Made by a program: the position numbers and the translations under genes | Source of the DNA: an uncultured Verrucomicrobiae bacterium | Lineage (GTDB): Bacteria; Verrucomicrobiota; Verrucomicrobiia; Chthoniobacterales; UBA10450 | DNA length: 64,000 bases | Reading direction: 5' to 3' | Assembly (NCBI GenBank): GCA_963801815.1 | Contig: CAWDGJ010000003.1 | Coordinates: 352,001-416,000, forward strand | In this document: positions 39,520 through 49,769 of the stretch, in pieces | Numbering within the stretch: the stretch's first letter is position 1 | How the letters are laid out: each line of letters opens with the position of its first letter | The notes under the pieces: model-generated | Told to the model about the DNA's origin: nothing | Database searches by the model: none | The model's input: only the letters and a program-made list of their open reading frames with translations

Positions 39520-39520
39520 T

Positions 39521-39574
39521 CTGTAGGGGACGCTGTTAGCGCCCCAATCGGGAAGCAAACTGCTTCCCCTACAG
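39521..39574. repeat. GTAG-type REP-like element
   Basis: CTGTAGGGGA...TCCCCTACAG termini with two internal hairpins. Confidence 0.7.
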
Positions 39575-39608
39575 CAATCTGCGAAAATCTGTGTAATCTG
39601 TGGGCGTA

Positions 39609-40940
39609 ATGAGTTCCGAAATTCGCGTTCGTTTTGCGCCGTCGCCCACCGGCGATCTGCACATCGGCGGTGCGAGGACAGCCCTGTTTAACTGGCTGTT
39701 TGTGCGACATCATGGTGGCAAGCTCGTGTTGCGAATCGAAGATACCGACACCAAGCGCAACACGGAAGAAGCAGCGGCAGCGATTTACGAAGGTTTGGGA
39801 TGGCTGGGAATTACCTGGGACGAAGGTCCGCACGTCGGCGGAGATCTTGGACCGTATTTTCAAAGCCAGCGCACGGACATTTACGAGCGCTACCTGAAGA
39901 AACTTCAGGAGGCCGGCCACATTTTCGAAGACCAGGGCGCGTTGCGGTTCCGTTCGCCGCGCGAGCATGTGATCGTCAACGATCTCGTTTGCGGGAAAAT
40001 CGATTTTGACCTGACCAATCCGGGCACGCATCCGGACATGACTGTGCGGCGGCCTGACGGCTCGTGGATTTTCCATTTCGTCAACGTGATCGATGACATC
40101 GAGATGAAAATTTCGCACGTGATCCGCGGCGAAGATCATCTTTCGAACACGCCGAAGCATATCGAGCTCTATCGTGCGCTCGGCGCCACGCCTCCAAATT
40201 TTGCGCACATTCCACTTATCTTGAATCGCGACGGTTCCAAAATGAGCAAGCGCGATGAGGGTGCGTCGATCGCGACTTACATAGACCAAGGCTATGTGCC
40301 GGAAGCGGTCCGCAATTATCTTTGTTTGCTCGGCTGGTCGCCAAAGGACAATCGCGAGAAGATCGACATCGAGGAAGTCGTTAAGCTCTTCGAGCTCGAA
40401 AAAATCAATCGTCGTAATGCCGCGTTCGATCTCGACAAATGTTTTTGGCTCAACGGGCAATACATCGCGCAAATGTCACTCGATCGGTTCGTGGAATTAG
40501 CGCTGCCATTTCTGAAAAAGGCGAAGATCGACACTTCCAACGAAAAATACACTCGCGAAGTGCTTGCGATCGTGAAGGAGAAAATCAAGCTCCTGAAAGA
40601 ATTACCCGAATGGACCGGTTACTTTTTCACCGAGGATTATCAGTTCGATCCGGAAGCAGTTCAAAAAGTTTTCGGCAACCCCAAAGCCGTGGCCCACTTG
40701 AAAGCGTTGCGCGATGACTTCGCCAAAATAGACAAGTGGGACTTTCAAACACTCGAGGCGGCGCTCAAGTCACTCGCGCAGAAGCTTGGTTGCAAGACCG
40801 GTGACCTCGTTCATCCCGCGCGGGTGGCGGTAAGTGGGCGAGCTGTCGGGCCAAGTTTGTATCACATGCTTGAAGTAATGGGTAAAGAACGTGTGCTGAA
40901 GCGCTTCGACCGGATGCTAACAAAGCTTGATGCGAAATGA
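39609..40940 (+). CDS. gltX: Glutamate--tRNA ligase
   Basis: RFAPSPTG.LHIGG, LRIEDTD, RGEDHLSNT, KMSKR. Confidence 0.96.
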   Translation: MSSEIRVRFAPSPTGDLHIGGARTALFNWLFVRHHGGKLVLRIEDTDTKRNTEEAAAAIYEGLGWLGITWDEGPHVGGDLGPYFQSQRTDIYERYLKKLQEAGHIFEDQGALRFRSPREHVIVNDLVCGKIDFDLTNPGTHPDMTVRRPDGSWIFHFVNVIDDIEMKISHVIRGEDHLSNTPKHIELYRALGATPPNFAHIPLILNRDGSKMSKRDEGASIATYIDQGYVPEAVRNYLCLLGWSPKDNREKIDIEEVVKLFELEKINRRNAAFDLDKCFWLNGQYIAQMSLDRFVELALPFLKKAKIDTSNEKYTREVLAIVKEKIKLLKELPEWTGYFFTEDYQFDPEAVQKVFGNPKAVAHLKALRDDFAKIDKWDFQTLEAALKSLAQKLGCKTGDLVHPARVAVSGRAVGPSLYHMLEVMGKERVLKRFDRMLTKLDAK

Positions 40941-40953
40941 GCGCGCACTGTCT

Positions 40954-41063
40954 TGTCATCCCGAACGGATGTGAGGGATCTCGCAGTCGAAGTTTGGATC
41001 ACACAAAGTAGCGAGCGGGATCGATCCTCCTATGGGAGATTGCTCTCTTCGCTCGGAATGACA
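40954..41063. repeat. TGTCAT...ATGACA palindromic repeat element
   Basis: TGTCATCCCGAACGGATGTGAGGGATCTC ... GAGATTGCTCTCTTCGCTCGGAATGACA. Confidence 0.7.
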
Positions 41064-41986
41064 TGAAGAGGAAACCTAGTGCAATTAAGAACGTTTATAC
41101 GCTGGCGGATTTGCAGAGCTGGCGCGAAGTCAATCCGCCGATTCGTCTCGGCGTCTTGGGCGATCCGGTGGAGCATTCGCTCTCGCCGCAAATGCAGAAT
41201 GCCGCGCTCCGTCACGACAAGATCAATTTGCAATATGCGCGGTTTCTCATTCGCCCCAGCGAATTGCGTGAAGCGCTGAATCGTGTCCGAGATTTGCAGT
41301 TCGTCGGTCTCAATCTCACCCTGCCGCACAAGATTGGTGCGCCGGAGTTGGTTGATCGGCTTGACGATGATGCGAAACAAATCGGTGCAACCAATGTCAT
41401 CAAGATCGACAATGGCAGGTTGCATGGCTTCAACACGGACGGCCGCGGATTTGCCCGCGCCGTTCGCGAGGAGTTCTCTGTCGATCTGCGAGACTTGCGA
41501 GTGATGATTCTCGGTGCCGGCGGCGCGGCACGAGCGATCGCGCTGGAATGCGCGAAGTCGCATTGCGAACGTCTCGTCATTGCCAACGGAAGTTTCGAGA
41601 AAGGCGAGCGACTCGCCGAGAGGCTGCGCAACTTTTTTGAGGGACCGAAAGTTTTCGGCCCCGTTCCGCGATTGCAGGCAATCCACTGGGAGGAGGCTGC
41701 GTTTCAATTTCAAATCGCGAATGTCGATCTGATCGTTAATGCGACGCCGGTGGGTTTGAATCCCGGCGACCCGTCGCCACTGTCGTCGCGTCTGCTCGCG
41801 CCGCACTTGATGGTTTACGACACGATTTATTCCGATGCCCGGACTCCATTGGTTTCCGCCGCGCTCGAAGCCGGCGCCCGCGCCGTCAATGGACTGTCAA
41901 TGTTGCTCCATCAAGGCGCGCTCGCGTTCGAGATCTGGTTCGAGCGCGCGGCGCCAATCGAAGTTATGCGCAAAGCATTGGGTTGA
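41063..41986 (+). CDS. aroE: Shikimate dehydrogenase
   Basis: GDPVEHSLSP, NLTLPHK, NTDG, GAGGAA, NATPVG, GLSMLLHQG. Confidence 0.94.
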   Translation: MKRKPSAIKNVYTLADLQSWREVNPPIRLGVLGDPVEHSLSPQMQNAALRHDKINLQYARFLIRPSELREALNRVRDLQFVGLNLTLPHKIGAPELVDRLDDDAKQIGATNVIKIDNGRLHGFNTDGRGFARAVREEFSVDLRDLRVMILGAGGAARAIALECAKSHCERLVIANGSFEKGERLAERLRNFFEGPKVFGPVPRLQAIHWEEAAFQFQIANVDLIVNATPVGLNPGDPSPLSSRLLAPHLMVYDTIYSDARTPLVSAALEAGARAVNGLSMLLHQGALAFEIWFERAAPIEVMRKALG

Positions 41987-41992
41987 ATTCTG

Positions 41993-42041
41993 CTGTGGCG
42001 GCAGCCGTCCCCGGCTGCAGGCGAGACGCCTGCCTCCACAG
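41993..42041. repeat. REP-like element between convergent genes
   Basis: CTGTGGCGGCAGCCG..CGGCTGCAGGCG..CGCCTGCCTCCACAG. Confidence 0.65.
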
Positions 42042-42851
42042 TTAGCTATTTTCCTCTGCCATCTCCTGGCTGCGTTTCGTTGCCGCATCCACTGCGGCGG
42101 TCAAACCTTCGCTCGTCTTCATCTTTTCCATGACCGCCAGGCCGGCCGCGGTTGTGCCGCCAGGAGTGACCACCATTTTGATTAAATCTTCCGCCGACAT
42201 TTTGCTTTGCCCCATTAGTTCGGCTGCGCCAAGGGTGGTTTGAATCGCGAGCGCGAGTGAAAGGTCTTTAGCGAGACCGAGCTTGGTGCCGCCGTTGGCA
42301 AGCGCGTCAATGATCGCGTAAACGAAGGCCGGACCGCTGCCACTCAGCGCGGTTACGATGTCGATTTGCGGTTCATCGATCTCGACGACCACGCCAATTG
42401 CGCTGAAAATTTTCCTGGCAAGATCAACATCTTGGTTCGTGCTTCGGCTTCCACGCGTGATCCCGGTTGCAGCGCGACAAATAACCGATGGCGTGTTGGT
42501 CAGCGCCCGCATGAACCGAGCGTTCGCGATTTTCTCCATGCTGCCAATTCGAACGCCACCCGCCAGTGAGATCACGAGCTTGTTTTCAAGTTGCGGCGCG
42601 AGATCTCGGAGAACGCCCAACACCATTCCGGGTTTAACTCCAATAAAAATCACGCTCGAATTCTTTGCCACGTCGGCGTTATCGGTAGTTACTGAGACGC
42701 CTGCTTCTTTTTGCAACGCCGCACGCGTTTGTTCGTTCGGTTCGCTGGCAATGATTTCGCCTGGCGAGCAGGATTTGGCGCGGATGAGGCCGCGGATCAC
42801 CGAGCCAGCCAGTTTGCCCGCACCAATAAACCCAAGCCGGTAACTATTCAT
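42042..42851 (-). CDS. proC: Pyrroline-5-carboxylate reductase
   Basis: GFIGAG, VKP, NTP, TALSGSGPAF, VTPGGTT. Confidence 0.95.
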   Translation of the reverse strand: MNSYRLGFIGAGKLAGSVIRGLIRAKSCSPGEIIASEPNEQTRAALQKEAGVSVTTDNADVAKNSSVIFIGVKPGMVLGVLRDLAPQLENKLVISLAGGVRIGSMEKIANARFMRALTNTPSVICRAATGITRGSRSTNQDVDLARKIFSAIGVVVEIDEPQIDIVTALSGSGPAFVYAIIDALANGGTKLGLAKDLSLALAIQTTLGAAELMGQSKMSAEDLIKMVVTPGGTTAAGLAVMEKMKTSEGLTAAVDAATKRSQEMAEENS

Positions 42852-42855
42852 GCAA

Positions 42856-42982
42856 TGTCATCCTGAACGAAGTGAAGGATCTCACACAAGGTGATTGATT
42901 ACGCAACGTACACCGCGTGATCCGGGCGTCGACTGTGAGATCCCTCGGTCCGAGCCGGACTGGCAAAGCGCCCGGGATGACG
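42856..42982. repeat. Second TGTCAT-type palindromic repeat element
   Basis: TGTCATCCTGAACGAAGTGAAGGATCTCAC ... GTGAGATCCCTC ... GGGATGACG; similar to 40954-41063. Confidence 0.7.
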
Positions 42983-43026
42983 ATGCGGTGATGTTGAGTA
43001 CCTACTGTTTTCCGCGATAATAATTC

Positions 43027-44019
43027 ATGGTAGCTGCAACTCTGCAACGTAACGTTGCATCTAGTTCAAGAGATGGCGCTTCGCGTGGATCGAGTGCCGA
43101 TCTCGCCAAAGAACTGCGTACGCTTGCTACTGAGCGCAACGCGGTGATTCTCGCTCACAATTACCAGGTGCCGGAGCTTCAAGATGTCGCTGATTTCGTG
43201 GGCGACTCGTTAGGCCTCAGCTATCGGGCGGCGAAAACGGACTCTGACGTGATTTTGTTTTGTGGCGTCCATTTCATGGCCGAGACGGCGAAGATCATTA
43301 ATCCAACCAGGCGCGTGATCCTTCCCGATTTGGCGGCCGGTTGCTCGCTTTCGGAATCCTGTCCGCCGGAAAAACTGGCGGAGTTTCTAAAAAACCACGC
43401 CGACAAGAATTATTATGTCATCGCCTACATCAACTGCAGCGCTGGGGTTAAGGCGCAGTCCGATATCATTTGCACGAGCAGCAATGCGGACAAGGTCGTG
43501 AACGCCGCGCCTAAGAGTCGGAATATTCTGTTCGTGCCAGACCAAAACCTTGGCGCGTGGGTGATGGAGCGCACCGGCCGAATGATGGATTTGTGGCAGG
43601 GGAACTGTTACGTGCATGTCGAGTTCACCGCGCGGAGCATCAATCGCATACGCGAAGAATTTCCCGACGCGCCGGTGGTTGCTCACCCTGAGTGCACTTA
43701 TGCGGTGCGCATGCTCGCGGACGAAGTTTGTTCGACCGAGAAAATGGTCGCCTTCTGCAAAAAGACCCCAGCGAAGGAGATCATCATCGTGACTGAGGCG
43801 GGAATGCTGCATCGATTGAGGAAGGAAATCCCCGAGAAGACTTTCATTCCGGGACCGACCGAGAATTGTTTTTGCGGTGAATGCCGTTACATGAAAATGA
43901 ATACACTGGAAAAGGCCTACGACGCGCTCCTAAACATGGAACCGGAGATCACTTTGCCGGAACCGATTCGTGTGCGTGCCGAACTGCCGATTCTGCGAAT
44001 GCTGGAGCTGAGTCGCTGA
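43027..44019 (+). CDS. nadA: Quinolinate synthase
   Basis: LAHNYQ, GDSLGLS, CGVHFMAET, AGCSL, YINCS, CTSSNA, AHPEC, CRYMK. Confidence 0.96.
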   Translation: MVAATLQRNVASSSRDGASRGSSADLAKELRTLATERNAVILAHNYQVPELQDVADFVGDSLGLSYRAAKTDSDVILFCGVHFMAETAKIINPTRRVILPDLAAGCSLSESCPPEKLAEFLKNHADKNYYVIAYINCSAGVKAQSDIICTSSNADKVVNAAPKSRNILFVPDQNLGAWVMERTGRMMDLWQGNCYVHVEFTARSINRIREEFPDAPVVAHPECTYAVRMLADEVCSTEKMVAFCKKTPAKEIIIVTEAGMLHRLRKEIPEKTFIPGPTENCFCGECRYMKMNTLEKAYDALLNMEPEITLPEPIRVRAELPILRMLELSR

Positions 44020-44027
44020 CGCGGGAG

Positions 44028-44101
44028 TTCGAGTGACGGTTGACACGTGACGAGGCAAAACAAGGATTAGTCTTGTCACTCGTCACTCGTCACTCTTCAC
44101 T
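44028..44101. repeat. Inverted heptamer arrays (GTGACGA / TCGTCAC)
   Basis: GAGTGACGGTTGACACGTGACGAG ... CTTGTCACTCGTCACTCGTCACTCTTCAC. Confidence 0.7.
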
Positions 44102-44109
44102 TTTGTTCG

Positions 44110-45288
44110 ATGGAACGGCCGTCGATCTTTGTCATCATCGTCGTCTTGCTGTTGACTCTTCTATTTCTTCGCGAGCCACGGTTTCAACGGTCTGAGGAGA
44201 TTTTTTTGCGTTGGGTTTTGCGACATTCGGAACCGACCGTAAAGATGGCGCCGCTGACGGTTGTTGATGTTGGCAAAGAAAACCCACCGGCTCCGCTTGA
44301 GACGGCGTTGCTTTTGCAAGGTGTTCTCGAATTTAAACCTACCGTCGTTGCGATTGAGCCCATCCTGCACTGGGGGGAGGGCGCCAAGGATCAGGAACAA
44401 ATTTTCCTCGATCAGGCAATGCGCGTTCCAAGACTCTTGCTTGGAGCCAAGCTTACCGCTGCAGCCGATCCGGACGCGCCTGTCGTTGAAATTCCCGGTT
44501 TCACCAAAGTCAGTGGTCGTCGTGGCGATCTCCCGGAGTTCTCCGGGATCGAACTTCAGCCGGACGAGGACGTGCGAATCCTTTCCGCGCTTGGGTTTTT
44601 GAATTTTCCAGAAGAGGGCGCCGGCAGTCTCAGTGTCCCGCTGCTTTTTCAATATCGCGGCGAAGTAATCCCGGCTTTCACGCTTCAAGCCGTGATGCTC
44701 TGGCTTCGCGTGACGCCTGATGAAGTGAAGATCGACATCGGCTCGTCGATCGAGTTCCCGAACGGAACCAAGATTCCCATTCGTGCCGATGGCACGCTTT
44801 TGGTCAACCCGCGTATGGCGCATCGCGCGCGCCAAATCACGATGGACGAATTGTTGCTCGGCGCCCAACAACACGAAGGCGGCACCGCGAGCGGCATCCA
44901 TCTCGAAGATATTCCGACCCAAATCGTGCTTGCGCATACCACAACCACCAGGCCCGACCTTTTTGCCGCGGCCATCGCGACGATCCAGGCCAAAACATTT
45001 GTCCGCCGCGTCAGCTCGATCTTCGATTGCATGATGGTGGTGCTGGCGGCCGCGTTAAGTGGATGGCTACGCAGGTTTTCGCGAGTCGATCTGCTCATCG
45101 GCGTCGTCGCTTTCTCAGCCGGCTACGTTTTGATTGCCGTTGGGACGGTTTCGGCGTGGGCGATCTGGCTTCCGGGCTTTCTGCCGCTCGGCGCCGTGTG
45201 GATTTCAGTTTTGTTCGCGATGATCCTTCCCAAGCCAAAGGATTCGCTGCGCAACGTTACCGTGGTCGCGCCGCCGCCGGCGCCGTAA
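44110..45288 (+). CDS. CHASE2-like extracytoplasmic domain protein with C-terminal TM helices and no output domain
   Basis: N-terminal TM, LTVVDV, GFLNF, VPLLFQY..PAFTLQ, IPIRADGTLLVN, three C-terminal TM helices. Confidence 0.65.
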   Translation: MERPSIFVIIVVLLLTLLFLREPRFQRSEEIFLRWVLRHSEPTVKMAPLTVVDVGKENPPAPLETALLLQGVLEFKPTVVAIEPILHWGEGAKDQEQIFLDQAMRVPRLLLGAKLTAAADPDAPVVEIPGFTKVSGRRGDLPEFSGIELQPDEDVRILSALGFLNFPEEGAGSLSVPLLFQYRGEVIPAFTLQAVMLWLRVTPDEVKIDIGSSIEFPNGTKIPIRADGTLLVNPRMAHRARQITMDELLLGAQQHEGGTASGIHLEDIPTQIVLAHTTTTRPDLFAAAIATIQAKTFVRRVSSIFDCMMVVLAAALSGWLRRFSRVDLLIGVVAFSAGYVLIAVGTVSAWAIWLPGFLPLGAVWISVLFAMILPKPKDSLRNVTVVAPPPAP

Positions 45289-46328
45289 TGAAATCCACAA
45301 AATCAATCGAAGCGCGGGTCGCACGCCTCCATGCGGATGGAGTCGTCGATATGCATTTCGATTTACCGCTTGATCTTTACGAGAAGCGAAATCATCCGGG
45401 CGCCCTCGCTTCGCACTATTTGCCGGAGTTCGAAGCGGGCGACGTCGGCGTTGTCGGAGCGGCGCTTTACGTTGAAGACCGCTACTTGCCGGAGTTGGGC
45501 TTGCGAGTCGCGCTTGATCAGGTCGCGCAGCTTTACTCGGAAGTTGAAGGCACGAACCGATTCGCGATCTGCAAAACGAGCGGGGAGATCGCGCGAGCCC
45601 GAAAAGAAAAGCAGATCGCATTGATCATCACGATGGAAGGTGTCGAGCCGCTCGGGGAGGACTTGAATCTACTGCGCGTCTTTTATCAGCTTGGGCTCCG
45701 CATGGTGGGACTCACTCACGCGCGGCGCAACGCTGCCGGCGCGGGCGGAATTTTTTCGGCAAGCGGTTCACCTCGAGATGGATTGACCGGATTCGGACGC
45801 GAAGTTGTCAAGGAATGCGAGCGACTCGGTATCATCATCGACCTCGCGCACATCAATCCGAAGGGTTTCGAGGAGATTGTCGAGTTAACGAAGAAGCCGC
45901 TGATCGTTTCGCACACCAATGCGAGAAAATTCTACGACATCGAACGCAATATCAGCGACGAACAGATCAAGATGATCGGCGAACGCCGCGGCGTGATCGG
46001 TGTCAACGCGATTCTGGTCAGCCCAAATCCGAGCGAGAGCACGATCGACCGCTACGTCGACCATATCGAACACCTGATTGGTCTGATCGGCATTGACGGG
46101 GTAGGGATTGGTTTCGATTTTTGCGAATATTTGTTTGAGCAGTTACCGGAAAATGTTCGGAAGGAGCTGGCGGCAAAATTGACCACGCCGCATTTTATTC
46201 CCGATCTAACGAATCATTCTCACGCTCGAAATCTGACGCGCAAGCTGATCGAGCGCGGTTTCAGCGACGCAGACATCGAGAAGATTCTGCGGGGAAATTG
46301 GCTGCGAGTTTTTGAAGAAGCGTTGTAG
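45288..46328 (+). CDS. Membrane dipeptidase (M19)
   Basis: DMHFD, ITMEG, GLTH..RN, DLAH, SHTNA, RNISD, GIGFDF, ILRGNWLR; TAATG coupling. Confidence 0.92.
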   Translation: MKSTKSIEARVARLHADGVVDMHFDLPLDLYEKRNHPGALASHYLPEFEAGDVGVVGAALYVEDRYLPELGLRVALDQVAQLYSEVEGTNRFAICKTSGEIARARKEKQIALIITMEGVEPLGEDLNLLRVFYQLGLRMVGLTHARRNAAGAGGIFSASGSPRDGLTGFGREVVKECERLGIIIDLAHINPKGFEEIVELTKKPLIVSHTNARKFYDIERNISDEQIKMIGERRGVIGVNAILVSPNPSESTIDRYVDHIEHLIGLIGIDGVGIGFDFCEYLFEQLPENVRKELAAKLTTPHFIPDLTNHSHARNLTRKLIERGFSDADIEKILRGNWLRVFEEAL

Positions 46329-46372
46329 CGGCGCTCTATGAGCGCCGTCGGCGGTCGCAGACCGCCGCTACA
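46324..46372. repeat. GTAG-type REP-like element
   Basis: TGTAGCGGCGCTCTATGAGCGCCG-TCGGCGGTCGCAGACCGCCGCTACA. Confidence 0.75.
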
Positions 46373-46373
46373 G

Positions 46374-47717
46374 TTACACGATTCCCAACACCGGAAATTT
46401 TCGGCCAAGGACGATTTCGCTCGGGGCTCTTAACCAGCGATCAAGCACCGTGCCGTAAACGCTGCGAAAATCGGTGTTGAATTTCAGATCGCCGTGATCG
46501 AGATCGGTCAGGCTCGGATACTTCCCGAACAGTCCGGCCTTCACCGCGCCCCCGAACACGAACATGGGCGCGGCCGCGCCGTGATCGGTGCCGCCGTTGG
46601 CGTTTTCCGTGAACGCGCCGTCCGAATTCGCTGAACGTCATCATCAGAACACGCTCGAAATTTCCCTGCTGCTTTCAGGTCGGCCACGAACGCGCTGACC
46701 GCATCGTTGAAATCGCCCATCAATCGCTCGTGGGTGTTGATTTGCCCGGCGTGGGTGTCGAAGCCGCCCTGGCTGGCGTAGTAAACGCGGGTCGGCAATC
46801 CGCCGGCGATCATCCGCGCGATGATGTTCAAGACTCGCCGCGAGCTGGCCCTGGGGATACGGCACGGTCGATTTATATTTCCGTGCGATGGCGAGGATTT
46901 TGTCCGAGCTGAGCTGCGCATCGAGCGCGGTGCGTTGAAGAAAATCCAGAGTGCTCAAATCGTTTCTGTTTTTCCAGGGATCGCGCCGATCGATCCACCG
47001 GCGTTCGATGCTGCGGTGCCGCCATCTTCGCCACCGCCGGCTTCGTTCAGTTGACGGAAAAACATTTCTTCGGCGCTCATTCTGTCCGTTGTCCGGCTCG
47101 GACGATGCGAAACCGAAATTGTTCCGGGCGCGAAAATGTCACTCCGGTCGGATTTTTCGCAGCGAACGCCTGCGGCGTTTCTTCTCCAATCGCAACGCCA
47201 ACGGTCGGGATCCGCACCCGAGCAACAGTTGTCGAAGTAACGGCCGAGCCATCCTTCGCTCACTGTGTGATCGGCATCGGACGCCGTCTGCCAGATTTCG
47301 GTCGAACGAAAATGCGAGCGGTTCGGATTCGGATAACCGACGCCCTGCACGATCGCGAGATGTCCTTCGTCGTAGAGCGACTTGAACCCGCTAAGTCTTC
47401 GGATTGAGCCCGATGTGGTTGTCGATCTTGAGAACCTGATCGGCGGCCAATCGGAGCCGCGGTCGCGCCTCATGATAAGCATCATTCGCGTAGGGCACGA
47501 CGGTGTTGAGGCCGTCGTTGCCGCCGGCCATCTGCAGCACGACGAGGATCGTTCCGTCCTTGCCGGTGACAACCTGTGTCGCTGCATCAGCGGCCAGTGC
47601 GTCGAGCGCAAAGAAAGTTTTTTCCAGAAACACCGGAAGCGTCCAGGTGGCGGCGGCCCCGAGCATCGAAGTGCGAAGAAATTTTCGGCGAGTTTGTAAT
47701 GTGCAATTCGAGTTCAT
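46374..47717 (-). CDS. DUF1501 family protein with Tat signal; multiple frameshifts
   Basis: TRRKFL Tat motif, LQMAGGNDGLNTVVP, GVGYPNPNRSHFRS, GGFDTH, FSEFGRRV, DFRSVY, spread over several frames. Confidence 0.85.
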
Positions 47718-47722
47718 AAAGG

Positions 47723-48052
47723 CTACTTAGCTGGCAATGTCATTGAGTAGGTGATGAACCCGCATACCGCGACCATGCCAACCATTGCCGCGATAAATAT
47801 TCCGTCGGCTGTTCGTTCGATCCGGTGCATTCGCGCCGCAGGTCGTGACCGCAGTGCCCAATAAGAAAGAAGACACGAAGCGAGGAACATCAGAGCGTCA
47901 CCGGCAAGAAAGTCGTCCGCCAGGGTATCTGCTCTGCCTAAAGTAATGACGACGCGGATTAACCCAATCACGGTCAAACAAACTCCGACCATCGCCGATG
48001 AAACCGTAAAGATGTGAATGCAAATGTCCTCTTCGAGGTCGGCGTTCTTCAT
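47723..48052 (-). CDS. Small 3-TM hypothetical membrane protein
   Basis: MKNADLEEDICIHIFTVSSAMVGVCLTVIGL...; ATGA overlap with the DUF1800 stop. Confidence 0.7.
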   Translation of the reverse strand: MKNADLEEDICIHIFTVSSAMVGVCLTVIGLIRVVITLGRADTLADDFLAGDALMFLASCLLSYWALRSRPAARMHRIERTADGIFIAAMVGMVAVCGFITYSMTLPAK

Positions 48053-49546
48053 GCCAGTTGAAATTGTGGCGTGCTCATCATCAGATGGACCAGTTCGCGC
48101 AGATTCACGTCCGTCGATGTCCGGTCCGCGCGACTCGAGAAATTTCACGAAGCGTATCGATCTCTTTGCCTTCGGGCGCGTCTGAAAAAGTCTTTTCGCC
48201 AAAAGATCCACAACTTCGGGCGGCTTCGTCGCGCATCACTTCGGGACAAGCTTGCCGACATCGATTGGGTCGCGCTTGAGTTGTTGCGCGTACTGCGCCG
48301 CACGGCCAAATCCAACGTCGGCCCCTTGTCGCGGTTGTCGAACGGCCGGTGGCAGGATCGCATCGCCGTTGATCAGGTAGTTCGCGAAGTTATACCGAAA
48401 CAATAACGTCGACGTGCTGATCCATTCTTTGCCGCCGTCCCAGCCTTTTACGTTCGGCGGCGCGAAAAGAATCTGGCCCATCTGCCGCATCGCATTTTGC
48501 GAGGCGATCGGCGCCGGCAACGACGCGTCGAGTGTCTTCGACGTTTGAACGATGTATTGGACCGGGCTTTTGATCTGATTGCCGACCACTCGATCGGAAT
48601 AAAATTCCGCAGAGCTTAAAATCTCGCGCAGAAGCGGCCGCATTTCGAAATTGTGTTCGCGAATTCGTCGCAGCCACTAAATCGACCAGCGCGGTCGACG
48701 GTTCGTCTTCGACGAAGAAACGCCACAACTTGCGCCCGATGAATTGTGCGCACGCCGGCTTGGACACCAGCATGTCGATGATGTCGTCGCCGTTCAGGTT
48801 ACCGGTGCGACCCATGAAAGTCTTCGAGCCGATGGTCTTGCTGGAACGGTGCGAAGCGAAATTGCTGCGTCGTAAAGTCAATCCGATAACCGGTGAACGC
48901 GCGCGCCGACTCGCGAATGTCTTGCTCGGTGTAATTGCCGATGCCAACCGTGAACAATTCCATCAATTCACGCGCCCAGTTTTCGTTGGGATGTTCCTGC
49001 CGGCTCTGCTGCAAATCGAGGTAGATCATCATCGCCGGGTCGCGTGAAATTTTCTTCGACCAGCGCGCCGAAGTTTCCAAGGGCGTTGCGGCGAAGGGTG
49101 TCGTTTTGCAGCCACATCCAGTACGCGTCGCGCACTTTCTGGATGCTGGTGGCGAAGTGCCCGTGCCAGAACAATGTCATTTTTTCCAGAAGCGGCGCCG
49201 GCCCGTTGAGCATCCGATCGAGCCACCACCGGCGAAGGTCGATCATTTCGTCGCCTTCCATCATCCGGACCTCGCGAACCTTGCTCTGAAAATTTTCGCC
49301 GCGATCTTTAGCGGCCTTAATCTCCATCCGCTGTGCCCGAATGTTCCGCGGGTGGGCCCAGGCCGGCGGCGGCAGGTTGGCCGCATCAGGTTTCACATCG
49401 ACCAAATCCCGGACCGCAGCGGTAAGACCTTTTTGCCGGGTTCGTTCGATTTCATCTGGTGTGCCTCCGAAACCAGCTCGATTCAGAAGGTGCGCCGCGG
49501 TGGAGTGGTTCCATTTCGAATCCGGCAGCGGCGTCAACATGTTCAT
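48049..49546 (-). CDS. DUF1800 family protein; multiple frameshifts
   Basis: AAHLLNRAGFG, EKMTLFWHGHFATS, DPAMMIYLD, PNENWARELMELFTVG, ARAFTG, PPNVKGWDGG. Confidence 0.88.
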
Positions 49547-49629
49547 TAAACCTCTTAATAAGACGAGAGTCGCGTTACCACGGTTACAGCGTTCTTGCTC
49601 GTGCTCGTACTCTTACTCATTCTGATTAC

Positions 49630-49769
49630 ATGAAACCCAGTTCGACTATGAGAAATTGCATGTCTATCAACAGGCCCCAACCTTCGTACCTTGGGCCACT
49701 CAGCTTTTGTCTAAGATTCAGCCGAAGGCTGCAGAGTCGTCCGAATACCTAACTCTGAGAGAAGAGTAA
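49630..49769 (+). pseudogene. Four-helix-bundle protein remnant (frameshift near start plus internal deletion)
   Basis: Frame 49629-49769 reads (T)QFDYEKLHVYQQA.TFVPWATQLLSKIQPKAA/ESSEYLTLREE*, resembling the FDHEKLxVY N-terminus of this family; flanked by 25-bp inverted hexamer repeats. Confidence 0.6.

Noticed and set aside
39348..40472. Long antisense ORF (374 aa); similarly 4771-5601, 41030-41806, 44161-44937, 51262-51984
   Set aside because: Shadow frames opposite well-supported genes, with no recognisable motifs.
39609..40940. gltX as a dedicated Glu-tRNA supplier for the LanB-like enzyme
   Set aside because: It lies over 30 kb away in a housekeeping tilS-gltX-aroE run; no evidence of linkage.
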